Of a stretch of DNA of 64,000 bases, positions 62,235 through 64,000 are shown in pieces. The position numbers were made by a program, and so were the translations under genes. Within the stretch, counting starts at the first letter, position 1, and each line of letters starts with the position of its first letter. Under the pieces are notes generated by a model. That model was not told the DNA's origin. It did not search any database and worked only from the letters and a program-made list of their open reading frames with translations. Source of the DNA: Octopus sinensis (lineage: Eukaryota); the NCBI RefSeq assembly GCF_006345805.1, contig NC_043012.1:40734001-40798000 (forward strand), written 5' to 3'.

Positions 62235-62496
62235 CTCGAGCCACACCTGGTTCATAAGGTGTATAGGTTCCCCACCGGATGGGACGCCGGTCTGTCGCAG
62301 GTGAGCTGCAAAATGCAGGAGGAAAGAGTGAGAGAAAGTTGTGACGAAAGAGTCAGCAGAAGTTTGCTATTACCTTCTGCCGGAGCCGCGTGGAGCATAA
62401 GTGCTTCGCTCATAAACACACACATCGCCCCGTCTGAGATTCGAACCCACGATCTCTCGACCGCGAGTCCGCTCTCTAGCCACTAGGCTATGTGCC
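62235..62496 (-). mobile_element. tRNA-derived SINE family C
   Basis: Minus-strand head ggcacatagcctagtgg (A box) ... gttcgaatc (B box) followed by a non-tRNA body. Confidence 0.65.
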
Positions 62497-62527
62497 AACA
62501 ACCCACACACCACACACACACACATAT

Positions 62528-62558
<31 letters not shown>

Positions 62559-62569
62559 ATATATATTAT

Positions 62570-62615
<46 letters not shown>

Positions 62616-63312
62616 TATATAATTATATATATTATATATATATATATATATTATATATATATATATATATTCGAGGGAGTAGTAGACGACGCCTGCTCAA
62701 GGTTCTACGCAGTGGAAACTGAACCCAGTCCCATGTGGTTGGGAAACAAGTTTCTTACCACAGAGCAACGCCTGTATTACATTTTAATTTATATATTTTT
62801 AGTATTTCTTTTCTGTTGTTGTTGTTTTGTTGGATTCGTTATTTCTAAATGTGAAACAGGTCGACATCGTTTATTATTATCACCGTTGATTGACATCGAC
62901 GACGCAGAATACCGTCTTGGCTTAATTTGTGTTGCTTGTTTACGATACACGAAGAAAAATATTTGAAATATGAAGGAAATGTAATTCTGATAGATTAAGT
63001 AATTAAGATGGATTAAGTACAGCATCGGTTGTTTAATGCTAGAAATGTGTAATTGATTTATTTCACAGGCGCACGCGCGAACACATGCACTCATATATAT
63101 ATATACATACGCACAAAAATACCCCTTCACGCACACACAAATGCACGTATCTTAACACACACACATATTTCCAAACACACGAAGTAATAAAGATATAGAT
63201 ACCTAGAGTAATAGTCATACAAATACATTGACTGAGAGTTCCCTATGCATTTGTGTGTGTATGTTTGTGTGTGCACGTGCATGTATGCGTGTATAAATAA
63301 ATATATATACAT

Positions 63313-63314
<2 letters not shown>

Positions 63315-63365
<51 letters not shown>

Positions 63366-63382
63366 CAGTCAGACAGACAGAC

Positions 63383-63432
<50 letters not shown>

Positions 63433-63494
63433 TAGACAGACAGACTGACAGACAGATAGATAGAAGATAGATAATAGATAGATAGATAGATAGC

Positions 63495-63558
<64 letters not shown>

Positions 63559-63579
63559 TAGAAGATAGATAGATAGGAG

Positions 63580-63611
<32 letters not shown>

Positions 63612-63654
63612 GAGATAGATAGATAGATAGATAGAGATAGATGATAGATGGATG

Positions 63655-63716
<62 letters not shown>

Positions 63717-63733
63717 AGATAGATAGATGGATG

Positions 63734-63785
<52 letters not shown>
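63315..63785. repeat. (GATA)n / (GACA)n microsatellite
   Basis: Direct observation. Confidence 0.97.
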
Positions 63786-64000
63786 TTCACTATATAAATA
63801 TATATATATATATATCCATACATATCTAAGTTAGATAATTAAGATATGTTTCTACCAAAGATTGGCCCAAGCCATAGGATAAGCTGAATCCTTTTTAAGT
63901 CAAGTTTTGTGGTATCATGGTCCATTCGGGTAGTGAGTTCTTGTTGAGTGGGTTGTATCCAGGTATACGTGGCTTATTTGTCCCGATTTCGTTTAAAGGT

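Overview
Eukaryotic genomic DNA, very probably octopus (coleoid cephalopod), judged from the tRNA-derived SINE families, the AT-rich microsatellite-dense background and a 100-N scaffold gap at 56020-56119. One intact host gene: DONSON on the minus strand, 10 coding exons from 38201 to 17624, 1842 nt = 613 aa + stop, all splice phases consistent. Its intron 8 is a U12-type (minor spliceosome) intron and its promoter carries a double E2F-like site and two long inverted repeats. Directly downstream (1-16 kb) is a dense nest of fragments: two Merlin/ISXO2 transposases, an endogenous parvoviral NS1 helicase, a CR1/L2-like LINE, pogo, three Penelope-like elements (PLEs) with two type I hammerhead ribozymes, piggyBac, Gypsy, Tc1/mariner and hAT. 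11 of these 12 fragments lie on the + strand, antisense to DONSON transcription, which resembles a unistrand piRNA cluster. The distal part (39-64 kb) is intergenic: SINEs, a 5'-truncated RTE LINE, Helitron-like elements, a U6 snRNA copy, a minimal hammerhead variant, inverted duplications and long (TA)n/(GATA)n arrays. All identifications are motif recognition by eye; no database search was run. TE and SINE boundaries are approximate.
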